NCBI GenBank assembly: GCA_963730605.1
Contig: CAVSSM010000001.1
Coordinates: 608,001-672,000, forward strand
Length of the DNA stretch: 64,000 bases
Direction: 5' to 3'
Origin: an uncultured Chlamydiae bacterium
GTDB lineage: Bacteria > Chlamydiota > Chlamydiia > Chlamydiales > SM23-39
Made by a program: the position numbers and the translations under genes. The number at the start of each line of letters is the position of its first letter. Positions within the stretch are counted from its first letter, which is position 1. Of the stretch, positions 10,231 through 20,816 are shown one piece after another. The notes beneath the pieces are model-generated. The model saw nothing but the letters and a program-made list of their open reading frames with translations, had not been told where the DNA came from and ran no database searches.

Positions 10231-11490
10231 TTAAATTTTGAGGCTGGCCACAGCCTCGCAAAGTTCTGGTTTTTGTTTTTCAATCCCTTCTTGGATCTGC
10301 CGGACGCTCGCCATGACCGTCGAGTGATCGCGGCTGAAAATTTCCCCGATTTTTTGAAAGGGGAGCTTTAGTTTTTCACGGCAGATGTACATGGCGATTT
10401 GCCTGGGAACGGCAGCTTCCCTGGTTTGCGATTTGCCGAGAATATCGGCAGCTTGGATTTCGTAGCGCGCGGCGAGGTGTTTGACAATTTTTTCGGGGGT
10501 CCATGCTTGGAGAGCTTCCTTTTCCAAAAGGTCTTTCAGAAGGAGCGAGGCGTGGGTGGGTCCGATTTGGGAGACGTCTTTCGTCCGGATCGCAAGGGCT
10601 TGCAAGGCCATGAGTGGAGAGGTGGGGAATTTTTCCACGAGAAAGGAGATGAGAGAGGAGCCAAGCGTTAGTTTCCAAAGCTTTGCTTTTTTTTCCAAGA
10701 TGGGAGCCCAATCTTCTTTTTCGATGCCGACCGAGATCCCCCATTCAAAACGGCTGACAAGCCTGGGCTCGATTTCGACCAGTTTGCTGGGAGAGACCTC
10801 CGAGGCGAGGAAAATCGGGGATCCGCGCGTATGCAGCTCGTTGAAAGTGTGGAAAAATTCTTCCTGGGTGGCCGATTTCCTAGAGAACAAGTGGATATCG
10901 TCGACAAGGAGGGCATCGGCAGAGCGGTAAGAGGCTCTGACCTCTTGCATAGTCCCCTTCCGGATCGCTTGTACGACATGTTCGGTAAAAGTGGAGGCAT
11001 TGACATAGAAGGCGTTTATCTTTTTTTCCCTGAGAAGGGCAGTGGCGGCCATGAGTAGATGGGTTTTTCCCGAGCCTGCCATTCCATAGAGCAGCACCGG
11101 GTTGAAAGGGCATTTGGCCGCATCTGTGATGAGTTTATAGGCGATCTCGTTCGCTTTGCGCCGTATCAAAAAATGCTCCAGGGTCATTTCTGGATCGAGA
11201 GGGTCGGGAGCGACTTTAAAAAGAGTCGAAACGTCTTTGCAATTGGCTTTTTTTTCCGCATAAGGGGTTCTAAGGTTGAGCAAGATCCGGATAGGCCGCC
11301 CGTTGTTATTCACTAGCTTTTGGCATTGGGGGCGCACGTGTTCTTCAAACCAACTGACCTGGAAGGAATTTTCCGCTTCCAAATAGATATTTGCCGCATC
11401 GAAACGGAGGAGCTTGAGGGGGCGGACCCACTTTTCGACCGTTTTCTTTCCCAGCTCATTTTCGAGACGAGAGAGAATCAGATCCCACAT
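10231..11490 (-). CDS. dnaA: Chromosomal replication initiator DnaA (chlamydial paralog next to yidC)
   Basis: FNPVLLYGMAGSGKTHL, QEEFFHTFNELH, RLVSRFEWG, IGEIFSRDHSTV. Confidence 0.95.
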   Translation of the reverse strand: MWDLILSRLENELGKKTVEKWVRPLKLLRFDAANIYLEAENSFQVSWFEEHVRPQCQKLVNNNGRPIRILLNLRTPYAEKKANCKDVSTLFKVAPDPLDPEMTLEHFLIRRKANEIAYKLITDAAKCPFNPVLLYGMAGSGKTHLLMAATALLREKKINAFYVNASTFTEHVVQAIRKGTMQEVRASYRSADALLVDDIHLFSRKSATQEEFFHTFNELHTRGSPIFLASEVSPSKLVEIEPRLVSRFEWGISVGIEKEDWAPILEKKAKLWKLTLGSSLISFLVEKFPTSPLMALQALAIRTKDVSQIGPTHASLLLKDLLEKEALQAWTPEKIVKHLAARYEIQAADILGKSQTREAAVPRQIAMYICREKLKLPFQKIGEIFSRDHSTVMASVRQIQEGIEKQKPELCEAVASLKI

Positions 11491-11496
11491 TTCTTC

Positions 11497-13886
11497 TTAC
11501 TTCGCAATGACGGCAGTTTGTGATTTTGTCCTCTTCGTCATCCACCACTGTTGGGCGATCCCCAAAAGGGTTGAGAACATGAAATAGAGGTTCAATCCCG
11601 ATGGGAAGTTGTAGAACATGACGGTAAAGAGGATCGACATCATGTTCCCCATCATTTTTTGCTGTTTTTGCGAATCGGAGAGTTGGCTTGGGTCTTTGGG
11701 CGCTTTAGATGTGAGGCGCTGTTGGAAATACATCGTTAGGCCCATCAAAATCGGCAATAGATGGAATTCGTTTCCGATGAACCAAAGGGGCTCTCCCCAT
11801 GAAAAAAGAACATCGGGCGCGGCCAAGTCATCGATCCAGCCTGGGATAAAGGGGGCTCCGCGCAAAGGAAAGCTCGATTTCAATAAATAGAACATCCCGA
11901 TCAAAAAGGGCATTTGCAAAAGGACCGGCAAACAACCCATGAAGGGGTTGATTTTCGATTCTTTGTAGAGGTTCATCACTTCGAGCTGCGCCTTGCGGGG
12001 ATCTTTCTTGTACTTGTCTTGGAGCGCCTTTACTTTCGGCGCGATCTCCTGCATCTTGACTGAAGAACGGATCGACCAGGCATTGAGCGGATACATCATG
12101 GCCCTAAGGGCAATCGTCAAGAGGATGATCGAAAAGGCCCAAGAGTGGGTCGCCGCATAAAAAATCCGCATGAGGAGAAAGAGGAATTTCGCAAAAGGCT
12201 GTGAAATGAAGGAGAACCAACCCTGGATGCTCTGCGCTGAGGCATAGTCGGGATTGTAGTTTCGGGTGGGATCTTCATAGATTCCATCGAGCTCTTTCAA
12301 GAGGGCGTCGTCATAGGGACCGGCGAAAATACGTATTGGGAAATTCACGCCGCTTTTCAAAGGGAGATAGGTCGCGTAGCCCGGGTAGTTTTCCGGCGGA
12401 TAAAGCCGGTAGGCAGCGTCGATCAAGGAAAGGCGGGTCAGGATTTTAGCCCCCTCGAATTGTACGGCCTTATAGCCCCCCCTTTTTCTTTGGTCGGGTC
12501 GAGGATGATTCCAAGGTATCCATTGCAGTTGCTGATCCAGTTGGCAGCGGCGTAGCCAACTCTTGGACCTTTTTTGGGAAGGTCGATCGTTTCGACGTCA
12601 TTGCCCCCATGTACGGTCACTTGGTAGCGCAAAAGCGGGCTATAAGCCCCTCCCACGAGTTCCACGTCGGGAACTCCCGAGCCGATCATGAGACCCCGTG
12701 CATCTCCTTCGATTTGGAGATCGAGCTGAAGGCAATAGGGGCCGTTTCGTTCTTGAGGAATAAAGAACGTCTTTGTGATCTTCCTTTGTCCCGTCTGAGC
12801 TTGGAATTGGATCAGGTTGGGCTCAAAACGGGTGACCCGGTATAAAAGACGGGAAATCTCGGGATCGTCGCCGATGATATTCAGCGCATAAGCCTCGGAG
12901 GGAACCGAACTTTTTTCGGTGCTGTCCGCATTCAGGATCGGCCGGCGCAAAAGGGGATAGTATCCCCCGAGAGTCCCTTGAGTCTGGAGCGCCGAACTAG
13001 ATGGGATCCGGTAGGGATGAAGAGGGAACCTGGCATTTTGCGGCGACTCAGCGAGGATTTCTCTATCGATGCCGATCTCTCTGATGTAGCTTTTGGAATC
13101 TTTTGACAGTTTGAGAGGGAGGTTGATCTCCGCCAAGCTGCCGCCTTTGGTGGAAAAGACGAGCTGCTGATAGGTGTTTTCCAATACGTAAAATTCTTCA
13201 TTTCCCGTTAAGGGGGAAAGTTCGATCGGCCTCCCTTGTTCCACGAGATTCTGCAGCCACGGGAATTCGCGAAGCTCTTTGATCCGTTTCGCTCCTGGCT
13301 CGTAAATGCCGACGGGAAGATAGACGCTCCCGACACGCATGAAGGCGATAGCCTGCTCCTCGAGATATTGAAAGGGGACGGAAAGCTCTCCCTTTTTCTC
13401 TTGGCAGAAGACGATTCGGGAGGGGTCTTGATTTAAAGGGACGAGCTGGAGGTCGACCGTGCCTTCTTGGGGAATGGAAGGAACCGTGAAGGGGGTTTTG
13501 TTTTTGCTGTACAAGGCGGGCAAGCCTGCCGAGGCGGAAGCGGTCAGTTGCAGAGATTCAAATGATTTCCCTTGAGAGACGTACGTTTTTTCAGGCAAGG
13601 GCTTTTGCCAACCATTCACCAAATAATGTCCACCCAATACAGCGGCCTCGCCTAGTTTCTGGGTGAGAGCTGTGTCGGCAAAGAGGGGTGCAAGAGGGAT
13701 TTCCCCGGGCTTGGCAGTGCGGGCTACGACTTCCGCAGCCCATTCCTTATCGCCGAGAGCCTGCTGCTCCTTAACCTTTTTTTGATGGGCGAGCCTCTCT
13801 TTATCCTGGGACATGCTGAACCAGGTATGGACGCCGAAAAAAGCAAGGCTTACGCACAAAAGAAAGAGAAGAGATCGTTTATCCAT
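11497..13886 (-). CDS. yidC: Membrane protein insertase YidC, split by one frameshift near 12476-12482
   Basis: C-terminal ORF has the YidC core (IILLTIALR..MYPLN, GCLPVLLQMP, PSGLNLYF); N-terminal ORF is the chlamydial periplasmic part; break at a 7-base homopolymer. Confidence 0.9.
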
Positions 13887-13988
13887 GGAAGGGCTCAGGG
13901 CTCTCTGGTTTGTCCTGAATTAGCATATCAGAGATAGCGCTAGCAGAGCAACCTTATTAAAAAAATATGAAAAATGATGATATCACTT

Positions 13989-14642
13989 TAGACCGCTGGG
14001 GCTTCGCGCCTACTGCTTTCCTTGAAAAAGAGCGCACCCCCGCTCTTTTTCAAGTGTCCGCAGCCCCGCGGGGCTGACTACGGCTGTGGAGATCGTTCGC
14101 GCCTTTGGCGCTCAACTACCTCCATTCCCCTAAGTCGATGCGACTTTGGGGGCCCCTTGGGGCGCGCGTCCTCGGGCTCGTGCGTACATTCGTACTGCCA
14201 CTTCGCCCTGCGGTGCGATTCTCCTTTGCCGCGCGCAGCCATCGGCTGCAACGGCGCGCTCCCACCCCAAAATGTCCCATTTTGGGGCCCCATTCCGCGT
14301 CGCGTTGCAGTGCTTAGCTTGATCACAAATTTATTTATATTCAATCCTCTCCAGTCTCACGTTCTGAATGCGTCTCCCCACCTCCAAAAGGTCCGGGAAT
14401 GGCCTTGATCTTATGAGCCGAAGCATCTCCTGGGTTGCTAATGAGCGGATAATTTTCCTGATCGGGATGATCAGGTTGTGAATAGAAAAACCCAATATCA
14501 CTGTTTACAAAGAGAGTAGCAGTTAGTGGACTGTTTGCAATTCAGGAGTCCTTAGCTGGGAAATTCTTCTGGCCTTCTCTTTAAGCGGTCATTCAAGCAA
14601 CTTTTTCAAGGAAAGCAGTGGGCGCGAAGCCCCAGCGGTCTA
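13989..14642. mobile_element. 654-bp non-autonomous element with 42-bp terminal inverted repeats
   Basis: TAGACCGCTGGGGCTTCGCGCC(T/C)ACTGCTTTCCTTGAAAAAG at both ends (1 mismatch); REP-like hairpin at ~14127-14156; no convincing ORF. Confidence 0.88.
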
Positions 14643-14675
14643 TGTAGTGAAATTACATGCTAATTTAATTTGCTT

Positions 14676-16748
14676 TTATTCTTCGCGGGTTTGGTGGAGC
14701 TTGGCTTCCAGAGCGGAAAAAAATTGGGTGAATTCGGTAGTTCCGCGGAGGTTGTCGAGCCATTCATCTTCGGCCATCTCATCCAGTGTGGGCAGCGATC
14801 TCGCGGAGAGCGCTTTTTTGATGAAGGTCATCGCCTCAGCAGTCCGGTCCAGGATCGAATAGACGCAGGCGAAATTGTAATAGGCATAAGGGTTGCCAAG
14901 TTGCCCCGCCCGGCTGATTTTTTGTTCAGCATCCCAATAGAGCTGGTTTCGGAAATCGGGATCGTCCGTTTGGCCCGCAAGATAGATGAGGCAAGTTCCC
15001 CAATCGAGCCAAATTTGGTCGTTTTCCTCGTCTTGCCGAGCGGCGAGCCGGAAAAATTGGATGGCTTTCTTATAATGGTCCGCTTCCAATGTGATGTGGC
15101 CCCGTTCGAGATAGCAAACGGCCAAGTGGCGATGGATATGGAGAAAATCGGGATGGATCAGTAAGACATGGGAGAAAATTTCGATTGCGCGGGCATAGTG
15201 GGCTTCATCGCCGCTGAAATCCCCGAGCCATTCGAGGGCGGAAGCATACTCGAAGAGCCATTCGGGATGGTGGAGGATCGATTGTTTATGTCCTTGCACG
15301 AGAGATTCGAAATGGAGGATTGCATCTTCCAACGCAGGAAGATTGTCGGCCATGCGGCTGTAAAGAAGTGACGTGCGGGCCGACTCGAAGAGGAGCGCCG
15401 GATAGGAGGGCTTCAGGTCGGATGCGCGGGCAAAAAAGCGGCCGGCTCGCTCGAGGAGCTCTGGGCAGTCGAGGAGATCGGCCAGTGCGCTATGGGCTGA
15501 GCCGAGCGCATGCCAATGTTCGGCGGAGGTCCGGTCGATCGAAAGGCCCCATTGGAGCTTTTCGATGGCCATCTCATAGTATTCCGGATCCTCATAATAG
15601 CGGCCGAAAGCGTTCAGGCAGATTCCGTAGCTCAGCCAGAGATCGGGATCATCGGGGTAGAGGTCGGTGGCTTTGAGAATCTTATTTTCCGCTTCGATGA
15701 GAAGATCGAGGCGCGAAGTGAGGGCGCCGAGGTGGGACAGCGACTCGACCCACTGTGCTGTGATCAGAGGGTCTTTGAGGTCGATCGTCGCGGCGCGCGC
15801 GCACTTTTCACAGCTCGCGCGGAGAAGTTTGGGATCTTCAGTGAGGCGTCCCGATTCGGAGAGAATTTGGGCCCAGCTCAGCCAAAGGTCGGCGTCGGGA
15901 GAGGAAATCTTAATGGCGTTCGAATAGGCATCCGATGCTTTGATGACATACCGTTCATCCATCGTGTTGAGATAAAGCTGGGAATAACATTCCGCAAGCG
16001 TTGCCCATCCGTCTACGTAATGAGGGCCCGCCTGGACGGCGCGCTGGAGATGGACGATCGCTTGCATGTAGTGGCGCGAATCATTGATGAGAAGACCCAT
16101 CTCCAAATAAGCCTTTCCGAAGTCGTTAAAAAATTCAGGAGGGCCTCCTTCAAGGAGCTCCGCTGCCTTTTGAAAAGATTCGATCGCGAGTCTCAAATCG
16201 AGGGCCTCGCCTGACGATTTGGCGATTTCGGACCAGACAATCCCAAAATCCCAGTAGAGTTCGGCGAGGATTTCTTTCGGCTGGGCGGCTGAAAGTTCGA
16301 GGGCCTTTTGATACTTTTCTTTCGCTTCCGCTAAGAAATGGTATTCGGCATGGAACCGGCCGAGCTGGAGCAACGTATTGCCCCAAGCGACATAGGCATC
16401 GAAATAGGCGGGATCGATTTGAACGGCGAACTTAAAATGTTTCGCGGCCAAAAGCAGAGCTTTTTCTTTCCCTTCTTCCGATCCGTATTCGAAAAATGCA
16501 AGGCCTTGCCGATACCAGATCCGGGGATTTTGGGGATCGATCTGGGATGCCGCTTCAAAAAACGAGAGCGCATTGAGATTGGCTTGCAAAAGAGCCAATT
16601 CCCCTTGCGCAAGATAGCGAAGGGCCCATTCGTGCCTTTGCGGGGCAGGGATCGCGTCCCACTCTTGCTTCGGCTCCGATTGGGAAGAATACCTTCGAGG
16701 GAAGAATCGAGCAAAAATCCGGCGGAGAGGGTGCGTCTGAAGCGTCAT
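14676..16748 (-). CDS. Tetratricopeptide repeat protein
   Basis: 690 aa of TPR-like helical repeats (W..WG..L, AYYNFACVYS). Confidence 0.85.
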   Translation of the reverse strand: MTLQTHPLRRIFARFFPRRYSSQSEPKQEWDAIPAPQRHEWALRYLAQGELALLQANLNALSFFEAASQIDPQNPRIWYRQGLAFFEYGSEEGKEKALLLAAKHFKFAVQIDPAYFDAYVAWGNTLLQLGRFHAEYHFLAEAKEKYQKALELSAAQPKEILAELYWDFGIVWSEIAKSSGEALDLRLAIESFQKAAELLEGGPPEFFNDFGKAYLEMGLLINDSRHYMQAIVHLQRAVQAGPHYVDGWATLAECYSQLYLNTMDERYVIKASDAYSNAIKISSPDADLWLSWAQILSESGRLTEDPKLLRASCEKCARAATIDLKDPLITAQWVESLSHLGALTSRLDLLIEAENKILKATDLYPDDPDLWLSYGICLNAFGRYYEDPEYYEMAIEKLQWGLSIDRTSAEHWHALGSAHSALADLLDCPELLERAGRFFARASDLKPSYPALLFESARTSLLYSRMADNLPALEDAILHFESLVQGHKQSILHHPEWLFEYASALEWLGDFSGDEAHYARAIEIFSHVLLIHPDFLHIHRHLAVCYLERGHITLEADHYKKAIQFFRLAARQDEENDQIWLDWGTCLIYLAGQTDDPDFRNQLYWDAEQKISRAGQLGNPYAYYNFACVYSILDRTAEAMTFIKKALSARSLPTLDEMAEDEWLDNLRGTTEFTQFFSALEAKLHQTREE

Positions 16749-16858
16749 GAAACCATCGCAATGAAGGAGCGGATTATAGATAAGCCCTTTTTTTTTGCCC
16801 AGAGGCGGTTCTATCTTATTGATGTTGAGAGATTAATGGAAATAAAAATTCCAGTTAA

Positions 16859-18322
16859 TTAAATATTTTTGCTCACAATTTCAGCGATTGCTTTGCGGTT
16901 GATTTTGTGGCCATTTTTGGGCAATTCATCATTGATGAAGAGAAAGCGGATAGGGATTTTGAACTTCGGAAGATGCTCGAGAAGGGCGCTTTTCAGGTAG
17001 GCGGGGTCTTTAGCTCGGGTGGACGCCACGAGGACCGCGAGCGGACGCTTGCCGAATTCAGGGTCGTCAACGGGGACCACCGCAGCTTCGAAAACATCCG
17101 GCAGTAAGAGGAGCTGCTGTTCGATCTCTTCGGGCTGGATATTTTCTCCCCCCGAGATGAACTGCCAGTCAATTCTACCCAAAACGGTCAGCCCGTCGTC
17201 TGACATCCGTCCAAGGTCCCCGGTCGCAAACCAGCTATCTTGATCAAACGGCTTTGAGATTCGCCCCTCTTCCCAGTAGCCCTCAAAGAGGCACTTTCCC
17301 CGCACGAGGATCTCGCCGATCTTCCCCTTCCCCAAAGACGATGCGTCTTTGGGGGCCCCTGTGGGGGAAAGGCGAAGTTCCCGTTCGGGAAGAGGAAAGC
17401 CCAAGGGGACCCCGAAGTCGCATCGACTTTGGGGTTGGGGAAAAAAAGATTTAGCGCCTACAGTGACAAGCGATCCCATTTCAGTCAGACCGTAGGACAG
17501 ATAGCAGGGAAGATGTTCAGGAAAAGAAGAGATGGGGGCGCCGCCGATCAGCAGGCACCGAAGATTTTTGTAGACGGGCGATTTCCGGTAAAGCTGGGCC
17601 GGCACGGCTGAAATGTGGGTGATTTCGGGGTCTTTCTCATCGAGGACAACAGTGGCAAGCGCTAAAGTAGAGCGTATAAGGATGCCGATCCCGCCTACAT
17701 GGTAAAGGGGGAGGTTGAGAAGCCAACGGTCCCCGATCCGTAACCCAAGCCATTTGGCAAGAGGCGCGGCGTTCGAGAGGAGATTAGAGAGCGATAGAAC
17801 GGCAATTTTTGGGAGAGCGGTCGAGCCCGAGGTGAAGAGGAGCGCCGCCGGGAAGGAAAGGGGAGGGTAGCGGTTCATGCGGAGGCGCGGGGAAAGGGGG
17901 GAAAAAGGGAGAAAAGAAAGGGGCCCCCGAAGTCGCATCGACTTTGGGGAAAAAAGGGGCCCCCAATGACGCATCGACTTTGGGGAAAAAAGGGGCCCCC
18001 AATGACGCATCGACTTTGGGGAAAAAGAGTCGATGAAGCAACGGGCGTCGAGGCGAGCGAGCAGGGTTTCGATTTGGGAAGCGGGAAGACGAAGCGATAG
18101 TGGGCAGATCGACGCTCCGATGCGCCAAGCGGCAAAAAATAGGGCTGCCGTTTCGCAAGTTGGGCGGTGCAAAAAAGCGATCCGGTCGCCCGGGCCGATG
18201 CCCGAGGCCTCGAGCGCCCGCGCCATCTTGTCCGCAAGCTCGTCAAGCTCTTGAAAGGTCGTCTTGTCAAAGGCGGGCAGTCGGGGAGCGAGTCTCGCGG
18301 CTTCTTTTAACGGACAGGGCAT
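16859..18322 (-). CDS. menE: o-succinylbenzoate-CoA ligase carrying in-frame REP-like inserts
   Basis: FTSGST..PK, YGLTE, ATGDLG, ISGGENIQPEEIE; located in the men cluster. Confidence 0.9.
   Translation of the reverse strand: MPCPLKEAARLAPRLPAFDKTTFQELDELADKMARALEASGIGPGDRIAFLHRPTCETAALFFAAWRIGASICPLSLRLPASQIETLLARLDARCFIDSFSPKSMRHWGPLFSPKSMRHWGPLFSPKSMRLRGPLSFLPFSPLSPRLRMNRYPPLSFPAALLFTSGSTALPKIAVLSLSNLLSNAAPLAKWLGLRIGDRWLLNLPLYHVGGIGILIRSTLALATVVLDEKDPEITHISAVPAQLYRKSPVYKNLRCLLIGGAPISSFPEHLPCYLSYGLTEMGSLVTVGAKSFFPQPQSRCDFGVPLGFPLPERELRLSPTGAPKDASSLGKGKIGEILVRGKCLFEGYWEEGRISKPFDQDSWFATGDLGRMSDDGLTVLGRIDWQFISGGENIQPEEIEQQLLLLPDVFEAAVVPVDDPEFGKRPLAVLVASTRAKDPAYLKSALLEHLPKFKIPIRFLFINDELPKNGHKINRKAIAEIVSKNI
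17330..17434. repeat. Two REP-like hairpins in opposite orientation inside menE
   Basis: CCCCAAAGACGATGCGTCTTTGGGGGCCCC (17330-17359) and GGGGACCCCGAAGTCGCATCGACTTTGGGG (17405-17434). Confidence 0.85.
17919..18026. repeat. Three tandem 36-bp REP-like units inside menE
   Basis: AGGGGCCCCC..CGCATCGACTTTGGGGAAAAA x3, encoding FSPKSMR(H/L)(W/R)GPL x3. Confidence 0.92.
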
Positions 18323-18323
18323 A

Positions 18324-19166
18324 CTAAACAGTTAGTAATTTCGACATGTCGATAGGGGAGGTGCTTCCTGCCCAAGTGAGAAAGCCGTCTTCGGCCTTTA
18401 AGGGAGGTACGAGAAGGTCTTCAGGGAAGAACCGAAATGTATCGAGTCCTGCCGGAGGCGCTCCGTTCTCGTAGCATCTTGCGATTTGGAGAAGGCCTAG
18501 GCTGCTTTCCAAGGCCGAAGAGAGGACGGTTGGCACAGGCAGGGAGGGAAAAAAACCAACGATACTTGGCTTGATGACCGCGGCTTTGAGTGTGGGGATT
18601 TTGTGGCAGGGCAATTTCAAGACCGGTTCATCGACCGCGATCGGAAATCCGGAAAGCTTGGAAAAACGGACAAGTTCGGGAAAAGATTGGACCGGATCTT
18701 CCAGGTATTCGAAATCTTGGGGGGAAAAATGGCGGGTAAACGAGAGGGCCTGGTCGAGGGTCCAAGAGCTGTTGCAGTCGAGCCGGAGCCGATATTTTCC
18801 GAGAAATTTTTTCACGTGGGCGACCGCTTCCTCGATGGACAACCCTCTGAGTTTCAACTTGAGAGTAGAAAATCCAGGGCGGGGGTCATTGACGAGCGCA
18901 AGGGGAATTTTCAGGGGCTTTCCCGAAAAAGGCTTTGATGCGGCTTTGATGCCGAAGCGAACCGAAGGAAGGCAAGGCTTGGCTGAAGCGAGATCGGGAA
19001 AAAACTCTAATATTTCACTTTTCGCCTCCTCTAAGGTTTCAGAGCTCAATCCAGGCAAAGGCGCGATTTCACCCCACCCGTCATTCCACTGGAGAATCAG
19101 CCCTTTACGGATCGGATATTTGGGCCAGGAGGTTTTTAGTTCATAGGAATAGAGTTTGGCTACCAA
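18324..19166 (-). CDS. menC: o-succinylbenzoate synthase
   Basis: GEIAPLPG.S.E, KLK, LRLDCN..W, YLEDP, IAVDE, VLSSALES. Confidence 0.88.
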   Translation of the reverse strand: MVAKLYSYELKTSWPKYPIRKGLILQWNDGWGEIAPLPGLSSETLEEAKSEILEFFPDLASAKPCLPSVRFGIKAASKPFSGKPLKIPLALVNDPRPGFSTLKLKLRGLSIEEAVAHVKKFLGKYRLRLDCNSSWTLDQALSFTRHFSPQDFEYLEDPVQSFPELVRFSKLSGFPIAVDEPVLKLPCHKIPTLKAAVIKPSIVGFFPSLPVPTVLSSALESSLGLLQIARCYENGAPPAGLDTFRFFPEDLLVPPLKAEDGFLTWAGSTSPIDMSKLLTV

Positions 19167-20053
19167 AGTACACCCGCAATGAACACCAAAGTGTAGGCTA
19201 AAAGGAGGAGCGATGTTTCTTCGAGCGCCTCATGAGAGTTGAAGATCTTTTTGAGGGGAGCGAAAAGAATCATGAGGGATGCGGCGGTAATTGTAATGGG
19301 AAATCCTAGAGCGGCAAGCGCAATCGGCACGAGAAAGGCGGCAAAGATAAAAGCAGTATATAAGCCCTTACCAAATTTCGCACCGAACCGGACGACGAGC
19401 GTTTTTTTATTTGCGATCCGGTCGCTTCTCTCGTCGCGAAGGTTATTGGCCATGAGGATCGCAGCCGAGAGAAATGCAGGAGCGAGGCTTGCGATGAATA
19501 AGCGGAAGCCGCATTCGCCTGTTTGGAGAAAATAGGCGCCCATAACGGCGACGGGTCCGTAAAAGATGAGGACTAGAATCTCGCCGAGGCCAAGATACCC
19601 AAGAGGTTTCGGCCCTCCTGTGTAGAGAATGCCGCACAGGACGCAAAGCGCGGCGATTCCAAAACTCCAAAGCCCACTCGCGAGCATGAGCGGAAGGGCT
19701 AGGCATAAGGCCAATGCGAAAGTGAAGAGAGCTGCCTTGAGCATCGCGCTGGGGGCTATCCATCCAACGCTCACCGCCCGTTTTGGGCCGATCCGCTCTG
19801 AAGTGTCTGCGCCATTTACGAAGTCGAAATAATCGTTCGCATAGTTGGTCCCGATTTGGATGAAAAGGGAAAAGAAGAGCGTTAAAAGAAAGGTGTCCCA
19901 TGAGATGGGGGAATGCCTCGCTGCGAGAGCGCCGCCGATCAGGACGGGACAGATCCCAGCGCTCCAAGTTTTCGGGCGGGAAGCTAAAAAGAGGGCCTTA
20001 AGGGCGCTTGGGGAAGCGGGCGAAATCGGGCTTTCGTTTTTCGTTGAATGCAT
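19160..20053 (-). CDS. menA: 1,4-dihydroxy-2-naphthoate prenyltransferase
   Basis: [26 protein letters not shown]...D..A.KKTL.VR.G. Confidence 0.93.
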   Translation of the reverse strand: MHSTKNESPISPASPSALKALFLASRPKTWSAGICPVLIGGALAARHSPISWDTFLLTLFFSLFIQIGTNYANDYFDFVNGADTSERIGPKRAVSVGWIAPSAMLKAALFTFALALCLALPLMLASGLWSFGIAALCVLCGILYTGGPKPLGYLGLGEILVLIFYGPVAVMGAYFLQTGECGFRLFIASLAPAFLSAAILMANNLRDERSDRIANKKTLVVRFGAKFGKGLYTAFIFAAFLVPIALAALGFPITITAASLMILFAPLKKIFNSHEALEETSLLLLAYTLVFIAGVLW

Positions 20054-20816
20054 TGCGTCCTTCTTGTCCTTCCTCCGTCATGTAGAATAGCATCGTCGCA
20101 TTACCAGCCAGCTCTTGCAGCCCCGCTTGTCCGTCACAGTCGGCGTTGAGCCCTGCTTTGAGGCAGCGGATCGCGATCGGCGAATGCTGGAGGATCTCGC
20201 GGCACCATTGGACGGTCGTCTCCTCGAGTTTTTCATAGGGGACGATGCAATTGACGAGTCCCATTTCGAGAGCTTGCTGAGCATTGTACTGGCGGCAAAG
20301 AAACCAAATCTCACGCGCCTTTTTTTGGCCGACGATCCTTGCCAAAAAGGAAGTGCCATAGCCGCCATCGAACGAGCCGACTTTGGGGCCGGTCTGGCCG
20401 AAAATGGCGCTGTCGGCAGCAATGCTGAGGTCGCATAGCACATGCAGCACATGCCCCCCCCCGACCGCAAAGCCTGCGATCATCGCGACGATCGGTTTTG
20501 GGCAAGAACGCATTTGCCTCTGGAAATCGAGGACGTTCAGGCGATGGACGCCTTGCCCGTCGGCATATCCGGCGTCCCCACGGATCTTTTGGTCGCCGCC
20601 AGAGCAAAAAGCCTCTTTCCCTTCCCCAGTCAAAATGACGACCCCGATGGTCGGGTCGTTCCGCGCATCGTTCAAGGCATGGCTCATCTCTTCGACGGTC
20701 ATTGGGCGAAAGGCGTTTCGCACCTGAGGGCGGTTGATGGTGATCTTCGCAATTCCCTCGTGTTTGTGGTATTTGATATCGGTGTAAACGCCGCTCGATT
20801 TCCAGGGAAATGTCAT
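19998..20816 (-). CDS. menB: 1,4-dihydroxy-2-naphthoyl-CoA synthase
   Basis: [32 protein letters not shown]. Confidence 0.97.
   Translation of the reverse strand: MTFPWKSSGVYTDIKYHKHEGIAKITINRPQVRNAFRPMTVEEMSHALNDARNDPTIGVVILTGEGKEAFCSGGDQKIRGDAGYADGQGVHRLNVLDFQRQMRSCPKPIVAMIAGFAVGGGHVLHVLCDLSIAADSAIFGQTGPKVGSFDGGYGTSFLARIVGQKKAREIWFLCRQYNAQQALEMGLVNCIVPYEKLEETTVQWCREILQHSPIAIRCLKAGLNADCDGQAGLQELAGNATMLFYMTEEGQEGRNAFNEKRKPDFARFPKRP

Noticed and set aside
9478..11500. Replication origin near dnaA
   Set aside because: I could not see a cluster of DnaA boxes, and the chlamydial oriC is not generally adjacent to dnaA.
12426..12482. yidC split into two ORFs
   Set aside because: The break is at a 7-base homopolymer and one added base restores a continuous frame, so it is likely a sequencing indel.
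14022..14408. Short ORFs inside the 654-bp element
   Set aside because: There are no recognisable motifs; they are explained by GC-rich palindromic sequence.
17919..18026. 36-bp palindromic repeats as a CRISPR array
   Set aside because: The units are directly adjacent with no spacers, lie within a CDS, and there are no cas genes in the window.
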